Source: Hypanus sabinus (taxonomy: Eukaryota). Taken from it: DNA of 64,000 nucleotides. The DNA lies in NCBI RefSeq assembly GCF_030144855.1, contig NC_082722.1, positions 19,406,001-19,470,000 of the forward strand, read 5' to 3'. A program made the translations under genes and the position numbers. The stretch's first letter is position 1. Each line of letters starts with the position of its first letter. This document shows positions 13,152 to 25,200 of the stretch, piece by piece. The notes below the pieces were generated by a model. It was given only the letters and a program-made list of their open reading frames with translations, was not told the DNA's origin and made no database searches.

Positions 13152-16100
13152 GAGACCTCCGGTAAGATGGCTTCAAACTTTTGCTCCGTTACATCTTTTA
13201 CCTTCGCACTATGCGTCTCCCTTTTTAAACCTTTGTTCATATTCTGTCTGTTTATGCCTATCTGTCTGCGAATCGTTTATCTTATAATGGCTACAAAAAT
13301 AATCTAAACTCGGAAAAAAAGAAACTTCCACGTCGCTGTCTGCCGAGATTCTCTCTATCCTGGAACAGAATCGACAAGACAATCTAACTGATATCAAGAC
13401 TGAATTTAGAGGTTCTATCAGTCAGCTGGAGTCAAAATTGGGTCAGATTAACGCCAGAGTGGATGATCAAGCCGAACATTTATCTCGCATCGACCTAAAA
13501 TCTGAAGATTTAAAACGCCGCGTTCAGCATCTGAAAACTCTCTGTTCCAACTTAGCGGAGCAAAACAGTAAACTTATTTCCAAAATGGCGGATCTCGAAA
13601 ATCGGAGCAGGCGCTGCAATTTGCGAATTCTTGGTTTGCCAGAGGCCACTGAAACGGGTTCTTCCGTTGAATTTTTCTCTACTTTTATCTGAGAGATTTT
13701 CGGGAAAGAATTTCTCCCAACTCCACCTGAGCTAGAAAGAGATCACAGAGTTTATCTCCCTCGAGCTGCTTTGGGTTCTAGAGCACGGCCAGTTATCCTG
13801 TATCAGGTGAAAAGCCGTTCGATTGTGGAGGCACGCCGAAGAGGTACTCTGACTTTCCAAAATAATACCATTCGTATCGTGGAAGACTATGCTTCCCAAG
13901 TTCTGAAGATGCGTGCCGAGTTCAAAGGCGTTATGAGAGAGCTCTTTCGTAGTGGATTCAAACCTTCCCTTCGCAATCCTGCCGATTTTCGATTTACGCT
14001 TACGACTGGAGAATAGAACAGGTTTAAGTCAGTTAGGGAGGCTGAGTTGTTTATTGGAAATCTTCCAACCATCTTGACTTCTTTGGACCCGGTTTGACTT
14101 TATAAAATGGCTGATAAGTATTTCTTGAATTAAGGTCTTTTTTGCAAACTCTGATTCTATTTGAATAATTTAGTCCTTAACTACTGAGAACCTAAGGTTT
14201 TTAGTTGGTCTCTCCTTGGACGTGGTGTGATTTTCTTAAATAGATTATTTAAATTAAATGTTTCCCTGTGGACTTAAATTTCATTTGTGTAATTTAGTTT
14301 ACTTTTGAATAACTTTAACTTTGCAGAACTACAAATGGTCTTAATTTATCTGGGAGGCTTAGAGTTTTTTATTGAAGGTCTCCCTGTCAATTTACTGTAT
14401 AAGAACTGCCTTTTTTAAAAAACGGCTTATATGTACACTCTTTAAAAATAGAACTTCCCCCCTTTAACTTTTTTTTCAATTTTTCATAGTTTCTCGCGGG
14501 TAGATTAGCTCTTGATTATTATTTTGTATTAAGTTTTATATTCTTTCTGATGAAGTTGTTCCTATTTTGTAATATTTATTTGTAGTGCATAAATTATTTA
14601 GTATTTGCTATATTATTTACACGGAGCTTATGTTAAAGTTACGGAACTGGAAGTTATTTTTTGGGTTGTTCTATTTTTTTGTAGAGCTGGCTGCTTTTTT
14701 GGGTAGCCATCTAGTTTTGGGTTGCGAGGGTGGGGTGTGTTCTCCGGTACCAACACTATCTTTCGTTTTTTTTTGTTTGTTTTTCCTTGTTATTCAGGAC
14801 ATGTCTGTGTCCTAATTTTATTGAATTATTTTATTATTTTAGGGTTAGGGTTAGGGTTAGGGTTAGGGTTAGGGTTAGGGTTAGGGTTAGGGTTAGGGTT
14901 AGGATTAGGAGATATTTAAAGAAATGGGCATTAGGTAGATTAAACATAGCAGAGAGATGTTGAAAAGATGCGAAGCGATTATCAATGAAAAGGTCTTCAA
15001 AAAACCTAATGCCCTATTTATACCAATTATAAAATCTTGAATCATGCATAGAAGGTAGCAAAATATGATTATGTAAAATAGGACTAGAAAGAGAAAAACC
15101 ATAGAAATCATAAAATTTCCTGAACTGGGTCCATATTGGCAGAGTATGCCTTACAAGAGGATTGACAATTAGTCTAGGCAAACTACTAGGGAGTGCAGAT
15201 ACAAGAAGTGCAGAGATAGACAGATCCTTAGTGGAATTCAGCTCCATTCCTACCGATTTCATGCGGTCAGACTGGATATGGAAAAAATTAGAAAATAAGA
15301 CAGCGACTGTAAGCTGCCAGCTGGTATAGACGAAAATTAGGTTAGGCCATGCCGCCCTCTTTTTTAGATTTTTGAAGGTAAGCTTATTTAATTCTGGAAC
15401 CCTTACTCTTCCACTGATAAGACAAAATAATAGAATCTAAGGAATCAAGAAATCGGTATTGTCAATCCTCTTGTAAGGCATTAGGTTTTTTGAAGACCTT
15501 TTCATTGATAATCGATTCGCATCTTTTCAACATCTCTCTGCTATGTTTAATCTACCTAATGCCCATTTCTTTAAATATCTCCAAATTAGACACTTCATTA
15601 ATCCTTTATTAACCAACATCCCCAAGATGCCCGATAAAAATGCTATGGACTTGTTTCTTTCTATTAATCCATTGGGTAAAGGCTTAATATATTTTATTTG
15701 TGATAAATTAGTATCATTATGGCGCGCCTCTTTGGATAAAATCAGAATGACTTGGGAGCATGACTTAAGTATCCCTTTATCTGATGAGGTTTGGGTCTTG
15801 ATTCTCAAGTCGGTTAACTCAACTTCTCTTTGTGCTTTCCACTGTCTTTTACAGTTTATGATTGTTCATAGGGCTCATATGTTCAAATCTAAATTATCTC
15901 GATTTTATCCTAATATTAGTCCTCTTTGTGATAAATGCAAAAATGGCGAGGTTTCTCTCTTTCATATGTATTGGACGTGTCCTAGTCTAGGGAAACTTTG
16001 GAGAGATATTTTCTTAACTGTAACCTGTATTCTGATTCGCCACTTAGAAACTAACCCTTTAATTGCTCTTTTTGGTTTCTTGGCTGAGACAGATATAAGT

Positions 16101-16689
16101 TTGAGTTTGACAAAAAGTCGAATATTATCTTTTGCTTCTGCCCTGGCCAGACGTCTAATTATTCTTAGATGGAGAGATGTTGCCCCACTCCCGCACGCTC
16201 AATGGCTTAACGATATTATGTCCTGTTTAGACCTTGAAAAAGTTCATTACTCAATTCTTAATTCGGACATAAAGTTTCATAAGGCCTGGGGACCTTTTTA
16301 AGTATTAAGTATTTTATTAAGAACTTATTAAGTATTTTAATAACTTTCCTTTTGATTAAGTTTCTTTTTCAGTCTCTTGTTTCAGCTTTTTTTGGTAGTA
16401 GGCATTATTATCTTCGGTTTTTAATTGTATTTCCAGTTTTGTGGGTTTGAATGTTCTGATTTATATTCATTACATTTTGCTCTGGTTGGTCTGAAGTTTT
16501 TTTTTTTTTTGCGGGGGTGGGGTGGACGCTTCCTTTACACGACTTCAATTTGTGTGTTTTTTCAATTATTATATTCTGTATTATATAACCATTGTATGTT
16601 TATCTTGCACTGTATTAATTTCCTATTTCGTTCTTGGGGTTTTTTTTGTGGTGTTGTAGAAAATGCATAAAAAATCAATTAAAAATAAA
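13152..16689 (+). mobile_element. L1/Tx1-type LINE with most of ORF2 lost and an internal inversion
   Basis: 5' gacctccggtaagatggc; ORF1 LENRSRRCNLRILGLPE (13438-14016); ORF2 C-terminus FKYLQIRHF...CDKC...HMYWTC (15543-16301); A-rich tail; aggaaga at both ends. Confidence 0.88.
14839..14910 (+). repeat. Interstitial telomeric repeat (TTAGGG)10(TTAGGA)2
   Basis: Read directly from the sequence. Confidence 0.97.
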
Positions 16690-17521
16690 GGAAGAAACTG
16701 GGGCTATTCATCCCTAGAGTTCAGGCGGTTGCGTGGTGACCATTTATATGTAATGTCAGGAAGGGTAGACAGGGGTATGGTCATAGTATTTTACCCAGGA
16801 TCGGTTAAGTGAGAATGAGAATATATCGATTACAGGCGAGAGAGACAATATTTAAAAGACATCTAGGACAAGTTTTTCAACAAAAGTGATTTGGTAAATG
16901 GAACAGAGTACCAGATGAATCTTTAGGACTGGGTATGATTCCAACGTGTGAAGTACATTTGGATTGGTACATGGATGGAAAAGGTTATTGTGGTGAGATC
17001 CAAACGCAGGCAAATGGGACCATCTCGGTTTTCAATAGTTCCAATTGATTGTCAGAGAATGCATACAATATGCAGCCTAAAATTCGTGGCCTTCGCAGTC
17101 ATTGAATAAAAGAGAAGAGTAACTCAAGCAATGAATGACAGCAGAAACTTTAGAACTGGGACTAGAAACGTTAGAAAACGTTAGAAGGTTCTGGGGAGCC
17201 TTCTCCTCCTCCTCTCACGAACAGGTACCATTTCCCCACCCCAACCCCCACTGTTGCTCCTACCCCTGCAAGCAAACAATTGCAAAGACCCCAAGAGAGA
17301 CGATGATTTTCAGTACGGAAAAACTAATCGCCATTGCAGCGAATTCAATATGCCCCATCCCCCCTCTCTCCCTGATAAAAGGACAGAGAGGTGTCACTCC
17401 GCACGAGAAGGGAACTGCAAAGCAAAAAACTCTGAGCTACGGTGCTACAGTCTGCTGCGTCGCTCTTTTTCGAGATCTCTGACTCGATAGTCGGCAGTAA
17501 ACTCTCCCCCAGCAACGAGAG

Positions 17522-17526
<5 letters not shown>

Positions 17527-17552
<26 letters not shown>

Positions 17553-17655
17553 TTGTGTTTGCGTGGGGCTGCTTGTGCGCATGCGCGTACATGCGTTTGA
17601 GCGAGAGAGAGAGAGAGAGGGGGGGAGGTGAGCAAGAGAGAGGGAGACGGAGAGA
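17527..17655. repeat. (TG)n and (GA)n microsatellites within a decayed repeat
   Basis: tgtgtg run from 17527 to about 17555 and gagaga run from about 17602 to 17655. Confidence 0.85.
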
Positions 17656-19679
17656 AAGAGTCTGCAGCAAATAAGTAAACACTGGACCCATACCCATGAA
17701 ATCAATTTGAGTGCAAAAGTACCTACTTGGAGTTCAGAACTGCAACTATATTCTCCGACTGGAAGGGAATGACGGGAATCACATTCGGGGGGAAACAAAC
17801 TACTGATACCTTATCAGTTTCAAATGCACTTTACAAATATTACCAGAGTGTTTTTAGTTCAATAGATGCTTGTTCATTGAATCTTGTACTGAAAAAAGTA
17901 TTTAGCTCTTTGAAAGTACTTATAACAAAGAAAAACATATATTTAGCTGTTGGGATGAAAAAGTTGGGAAGCTTCAAATTTAGCAAATAAAAAAAGAAAT
18001 CCATTTCGATTTGACAGTCCGAGTTAACACCGGAGACTACTGAACTAATTTTCTCTGCATTCCCATCAGACTACTGATGTAAGCTCACGGATTATGCAAT
18101 ATTATTGATCTGCACGGTTTTCTCACATAAAATCAACATTTTTCCCTAGCCACCGGGATCGTTGATATAGTTAAAGATTTTTTTTTTTTACAAACATCTT
18201 ACAATTACTGCAAATTCAACGATATTTTCGGTTATAACGTAAAAGGTTCTGGGGAGAATCACGGGTGAGAAACATAGTTAAAGCCTTAGATTTATAACTT
18301 TTCATCGGGTTACCAATCAGAAATCTCTATTCTCTTTCTCTCTCCATCAAAATGTTGTCACAACAACGTGTTGCGAATATTCGAGCAGCGTCCGATTTCT
18401 ATTTCCCTCAGTTGAACATTGATATAATTGTGCAAGAATAGATTTTTAATTGGCGGGATTTCCATGTCAATAAAATAATTCTCGCCGATAGTGGCAAATC
18501 TCTGGATTTATTCTTCATCTTGTACCGTCTGTGGGGGCAAAACTATTGGGAAACTTTTAAGGGGAAGGAAGTATTTTTTCTTGGAATGATCGGGTTTGTG
18601 CACTAGACCGGAAGAGGAGACTACGACTGAGCATATCTGATATTATCACATTGAATGGCCGGGCAGTAGACAGGGCCCGAGTGGTTTATTGCTGTTCTTT
18701 TCTTAATTTTCTTAGGTTTTATTTTATGATAATTGCTTCTATAAATCGGAAAAACGACGAAGACCAAAATTATCATTTATTTTCCCAATCATTACATGTA
18801 CATCGATCATCAACCTTTGGTGGACGCAAGAAACGAAACGTAGCGATGCTCTGGCCTACACTCATTGATAATATATGGCTATGAACTGCAATCGGATTCT
18901 CAGCTTCACAGCTTCTTTGATGTATTTACATCTGCGTACAATGTATGTTTGCTTTGATGTTTGGATGCCTGTGTGTAACGCGAATCGGGAATCTGCAGAG
19001 CAGCATAAGTCAGTTTGTCAGCACCATTTCCTTTAGTCTGTGAAAGTAATCCAAAATGAGCGGTTAGTCGAGCATTTAGTGACTAATTGAATCACACGAT
19101 TGTAAAATAATTTAGAGATGTACTGATCAGTAAAGAACTTTAGGTTGCTTACGCTTGAATACAATTACGTCAACATTGTTTCAAGATTTCCCTTAATTAT
19201 TTTTTTATATTAGCGATTCTTTCTTTACTTAAAGAGTTATTTAACAAAATCAAGATACAAGAGTAGAGAAACCCTTGAAGTGGCAGATGTGGTACAAAAC
19301 AATTGGCAAACTTGTAGTACAATTTCACTTTCTCTCATCTGTGACTGATTGCCGCATCCTGTTTCGTTTATGGATCTCATAGGTGTTTGCTCAGCCGCAC
19401 CTGCCAACACAGTTCCAAATGCACATGGACTTTGTTGACAGTGGACAACTGGGAAATGAAAGAATGAACGTTGGCACTTAGTTCAGTCAGACTCTCTGAT
19501 TACAGTTTGGTCACAATTCGGTATTTCCGGTAGTTCAGTTCTCCTCGGTTATTATCAGACACATGTTTATTATGGAGCTGATAATTGGCGATGGGAAGGA
19601 TGGCATTCCTAGTTTCGTGCTTCTTGGCAATTCCACACGGGAAATTACATGTGAAATTAAATTTGTAAAAGCAAGGTAA

Positions 19680-20170
19680 AAGTAATCTCTGGAGATTCTG
19701 CAGATGCTGGAAGTCTTGAAGAATGCGCACCAAATATTCATTAGGTAAGGCAACATGTAAGAAGGAAAGTAAACTGTCGATTGTTTCTGGCAGAGACGTT
19801 TTATCGGGACTGGAATAGAGGGATTAGAATCCAGAATATAAAGGTGTGAAGGGGGTGCGGGAAAAGTAGCAGGTGACAGGTGAAAACAGGTGAGTGCGAA
19901 GGTATGTGGATGACTGGGATGGGAATGACGAAGGAAACTGGGAGGTGTCGGGTAGAAAAGATAAACAGTGTATGAAGGAGTCGGAGACGGGGGGGGGGGC
20001 AGTGGACCCTGCAAAATGGAAGAAGGAGCCGGCAGCCTGATGGGCAGATGACGAGAAGAGAAAAAGTGAAACGGAGAATAGAAAAAAGAGAGAATGGAAT
20101 GATGGAGAAATTCCGAAAAGTTATAGAAATCGACATTTATCCCTTCAGGTTGGAGTCTCCACAGATGGAA
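19680..20170 (-). mobile_element. Penelope-like remnant
   Basis: Starts with gattctgcagatgctggaagtc, followed by the same purine-rich body as 3383-4125. Confidence 0.6.
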
Positions 20171-20319
20171 GAAAATATTATGCTTGTACCGGAACGGTAA
20201 GATGTTTCACTATAAGGGGATTAGCTATGACAAACTTTATATTTTGTTACAGTGTCAATGGTATCCTCTAGTTTGTAAAATTAACTTCCTCTTGGACGAT
20301 GATATATATACAAATATGA

Positions 20320-20440
20320 ACCCTCTGGGGTACTCCGGTTTCCTCCAATGACTTACAGGTTAGGAGGTTAATTGGTCACTTGGGTGTGACTGAGCGGCAC
20401 GGGCTGGTTGCATCGGAAGGGCCTGTTTCAGTGATATATC
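20320..20440 (+). mobile_element. SINE 3' fragment
   Basis: gggtactccggtttcctcc...aggttaattggtca matches the body of the SINE at 41420-41747. Confidence 0.5.
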
Positions 20441-22210
20441 TCTAATGCAAATCTATGTCACATTCACGCTAATCTCTCTGTTTTACCTGGGAATAGATAA
20501 CGCGCTCCTCATGTTGTCCATCTTTGTGAAATGGTTTGCTCTCCCTATGGTTTAGTGAAGCATAAGCAGTGATGTGCTCAACTGGTGCTTGTTCAGCCTG
20601 TTAGAAAAACATATTTAACACATATCATTGATACAGAGCTCAGTGATCATAAACTAAATTAGATTTGCCAAATCTAAACACCGAAAATAAAAAAATGTTG
20701 GAATAACATTTTGTCTGCACACAAAGATACTGTTCATACATCATACCGGAGGTGGGATCTCGACCGTTTCAGACTGAAAGTCGCTATGTTTAGATGATCA
20801 AAATTACCGCTTATAACAGACGTAGGAAAAGGATGGAGTTCTCAGTTCTGGCCATCTTTGTTTTTTTTTGATCTGCTAAATCCTATCTCTTACATCGCTC
20901 AAAATTCTGTGCATGGGCACAGGCCCATGTTATATCTTTTACGCATGCGTCAAATTATCGTAATCATTGTCCTGATCAAAAATCGTCCCTGCGGTGCAAA
21001 TTGAAACTATGACCCTTAACAATCACATTATTTAAGTTGAGGATATTGGAGCAAATGGCAAGTCCCGATGCTAAGTCTCGCTTAAATCTAGCCGGAAACA
21101 GGGGAGCGTCATCCTGGGCCCCCGTTGATTTGATTGGATTTTCTGGAAAATTACGATGGAAGTAGGTTGAACCAATGGACGTAGTTGTTACAGTAAATGA
21201 TAAAAAATGGTATTTGATTTACTGAAATAATGACATAGCATTCCAGAATAATAAATTAATAGTAAAAAGTTATCATGAATGCTTCATCTTCAACTTAGAT
21301 ATTACACTAAGCAATAGCCCTGCATTTCCGGAAGTGTTACGAACACTGGTAGAAGTTTTAGCGGAATTCTACCATAATGAAATCAATGATGTCTGCAGCA
21401 CTATCTTATCTTAGTTGCTGCAGCTGCTCCATTTGCAGCTAAAGTCGTTAGGAAAAATTAAAACTAAATGAGTGAAACTGGAGAATGTGATTAATGAAAC
21501 ACAAGAAGACAAAGGTTATCTTGAGAATGAATACATGTACCAAAAAATAATAACATTGAAGTGCTGGAAGCATGAAGTAAAATAGAGAAATAGAACACAC
21601 AACATTTTAGTTAGATCAAGAACCACCAGTTAAAGGGAAATAGTTCATGTTCTCGTTGCAATCTGCGGAAGGGTCTTCAGTCTGGGACGTCAACTGGTTC
21701 TCTTTCCAAAACCGGTCAGAAGCCACAGATTATTTTCTGGTTGGAATCCAAATGGGAGACGGCAGTACTTTTATCTGTTTAAGGCTTTGCTTCCGAAATT
21801 GAGGACAATACTCATTCAGCGTATTATCGTGGACTAGAAGGTGCCATGTGGAGTATCATTGTTCACCACACACTGCAAGGTTTTGTTGCAAGTATATTCG
21901 ATTCCATTCCACCGCTGTGTGGATCTTTGTTGCGGATCTTGGTTAAAACCGCATTTAATATTGCAAAGACCATTTCAACAAAACAAGATTTCTTTACATT
22001 TTTAACTTGCTTACTGGCATCAGATCAAATGTACCACACATTACGATTTGATTCGTGCACGTACTGTAGTTTCCCATTCTCCAGTCAACTGCTATTCTCG
22101 GAAACTAGGATTTAGTAGTTTCTCACAGTCTCAGATACGTGTTGAATTATTTCTCAAAGCAACTGACCTTCCAATGGTATATATGACCGTTCCCCTTCCA
22201 ATCCAACCGG

Positions 22211-22288
22211 CTATGAACCGGTGTGGAATCTTGAAAGGATACTGGAAGCAGATGCAACGGGAACATTCAAATAAATCTTGAATATATA
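22211..22288 (-). CDS. Candidate last coding exon
   Basis: Acceptor atttattttcaag| (a second in-frame AG lies 12 nt downstream); phase 0 reads YIFKIYLNVPVASASSILSRFHTGS-stop. Other exon choices nearby cannot be excluded. Confidence 0.35.
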   Translation of the reverse strand, partial: YIFKIYLNVPVASASSILSRFHTGS

Positions 22289-25200
22289 CTTGAAAATAAA
22301 TATTTGACGGGGAAAACAGATTTATTTTCCCTACTACGCTCCAAAGTGTTATGGAATTAAATAGATTCATGATATCTTTGCTATGCAAATATCACGCTCT
22401 GAAACAAAACCAGTCGCTTAACCTACCGGGTCTTCATTCTGACATCCGTCCAAAGAATTTTTGTTACCCCCTTCAGAAAAAAAAACAAAAATAAATGATT
22501 TGCATTGTAAACATCGTACATCATTCATTTGATACCAATCGAATTAATCGTATAAGTGGAACTGCTGAAGTCACGGATCTGTCAGAAAATATTTGTTGGT
22601 TACAGTCCTGCTAATATACTGTGTTCTGCATTAACCTGGTGCTATGCTCAAAAGGCATTGACTTTCAGCGAGTCTGTAAAGTGATAATAGCATACAGTGG
22701 CGGTACTGTATTTAAGTATGCCAGCCAAAATTGAAATTAAAACCAATGAAATGTACATAAGTTAGTCAATGTTCTTTACACAATTGGAGGGAAGTTAGAT
22801 CTACGCCAAGTCATTTACGCTTCAAAATACGGATCTGCCACTGCATTAAAAAAAAGACATTTGAAGAACTCCATGTAACGGCATTCAGAAATGAGATATG
22901 AAATACTACTAGTGGACTGGTGAAATAATTGAACTTTATGATCAAGCCTATATGTGCTAGAATATTATCACTGACATCTGGCTTCGACAATCGCGATCCA
23001 TTTCCAAATATTCTGTAAATGTCATTTACTGTTTTGAAGTTAAATGTCATTAACGCTTCTATTTTGTACGAATAGAGATGCTGTTTCTCAGCAATCAGTC
23101 TTCTTACCGTGCGATCTCTTTAACTTGAATTTCAGCAAAACTATTAGCAAAATTACATTTAAAATTGCTGATCCGCCCACTGCACATGCGAGAATCCATC
23201 TGGTATCAGCGCCTTGAAAAAGAAACCGTGAAGCATTTATACATCCAAAAACAAATCCGCACATGAAAAGCAGCAATGCAAACTATTATATATGGTCCTT
23301 TCAAACCTCACGACATACTGATAGCAAAATTACAGAATATACTATATAGAACAAAGAAATCTGGTTTTTAGTTTCTCCAGACACATACGAGCTATTTACT
23401 AAGACTAAGAATAGGCTCGGGTGCTTTCTCCTGTACTTCTCTTGACAATAGATATTAGCACAACAATTGAATGTGTAATCGTCTAACCTAATACAATTCT
23501 AATTTCGATTTAACCTTTTAAGTCACGTCTGTCACGGATATTCTTTGGTACGAATAGGCACGCCAAAAGAGTCAGGGTGCCTCAAAATGTCGCTTCTGCA
23601 TTACGTGCTGAAATTACCCGCTTACTTCATGAGTTTATAGCACTGTACCGCTAAGTCTCCTGAATGTGTATCGAGCATATGAAACGCATTTTCCCACTGT
23701 TATGTTTTCCACAGCTTTATGAGTGATAAACCCGAATTAATGGTAAATGCATAATGAACACATACATAAACTCGAGTCATCCATTTGAATTCTGTTGTCA
23801 ATATTATTGGAAGGGAATTATGCAGAGACTGAGTTTTGTCAAAGTCTGTTTACAGTTTCACTCCATATGTATTAGATCCAGGTGGCAATTAAGTGTCACG
23901 CCTCACTGTTCAGGAATTCCTACCTTGATTCTGATTTTGCCCCATGCCGACTTTTTTCCGGTAAAACTACATCAATTAAATACACCTTCACTCACCAGCA
24001 GATGGTTTCCCCCTTTGTTACATCACTATGCGATTTAGAGTTTAACTTTTGCTTTGTCTCATCTTTGACAGATGTTTTGAAGTTTGTTACCTGACACGTA
24101 CAACACGAAATCAATTTCTTAATTAATCCTACACGATTTAAACTGAGGGTATAAGACATTTGTTTTATGCACAATTCACATTGAGTGCCTACCTTTAGAT
24201 TCTATTCTTGGGTATTTAATATTCAATATTTAACGTTTCTGACAAAAGATTTGGATGAAATTCAATGTCCAAGTTGGGTGAACCTCGAGTGCGAGTCAGT
24301 ACAGGGCTCTACTTGGCTTCTAGTATAGGGGCCTCGCTTCCCTTTGCACTTACTAAAGTGAATAAGCAAACAACTAATCCAATAACTAAACATGCAATAC
24401 GAATATGGTTTCAATTTCGTAAACTTTTCGATTGAATAAGTTTCTCCTATCAAGTCCTATTATATCCATTTTTTCTTCCAAACATTCAGAACTGATCAAG
24501 CTTTACTTTTATGGAAAATGAACGGGATAACATGTTTTCCTGATTTATTCGTAGATAACTGCCTCAAGTTTTCTGAACTATTTTCTAATAAGTATAATTT
24601 GCCTAGATCACATTTTTCAGATATTTACAGATTAGAAACTTCGTGAATGTTATTTTCCCTATGTTTCCGATACCACATCAAACGGAAATTACAGGAAAGA
24701 ATAGGTTTAAACACCTATCAGAAGCGTTTAATAGGAATTATTTATGATCTGGTTGCGAAAATACGTCTAGGTGCATCAGATAAAATTAAGAATGAATGGG
24801 AAATAGAACATGAGGTTTCTTTAACTACAGAGAAATGGGAGAAAATTCTCCAACTTGTTAACAGTTCTTCAATGTGTGCTAGGCACGCCTTGGTACAATA
24901 TAAACTGGTTCATATGGCCCATATGTCTAAGGATAAGTTAGCTCGTTTTTATTGTCATATAAGTTTTGTCTGTGACAGATGTAATTCCGACGTTGCTTCC
25001 GTGACACATATGTTCGGGTCTTGCTCTCTTCTGGAAAAAACATTGGAAAAACATTTTTGATACTATTTCAGTAGTTTTGCGCATTGATTTACAACCTCAT
25101 CCTATTACTGCAATTTTTGGATGACCAGTGATGGACTCTAATCATTTATCCCGTTCAGCTTGCTGTTTGATTGCATTTCTTACATTAATAGACAGAAGAT

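Larger units (their letters stand above)
9040..17035 (+). mobile_element. Old CR1 (copy B) split into four pieces (9040-9765, 10570-10670, 13043-13151, 16690-17035) by three younger insertions
   Basis: The pieces are collinear with the 880-2100 CR1; the sequence rejoins across the Gypsy TSD as gtatg-ctgt-gcattttg. Confidence 0.7.

Noticed and set aside
11191-13176. Long minus-strand ORFs over the Gypsy element
   Set aside because: Antisense shadows of the GC-rich pol frame.
14722-14963. ORFs with LGLGLG and VRVRVR runs
   Set aside because: They are translations of the TTAGGG tract.
18070-18078. Plus-strand 9-nt microexon signature (ctaat branch, pyrimidine tract, cag|ACTACTGAT|gtaagc)
   Set aside because: The paralogous position near 2755-2775 lacks both splice sites and no plus-strand host gene is supported.
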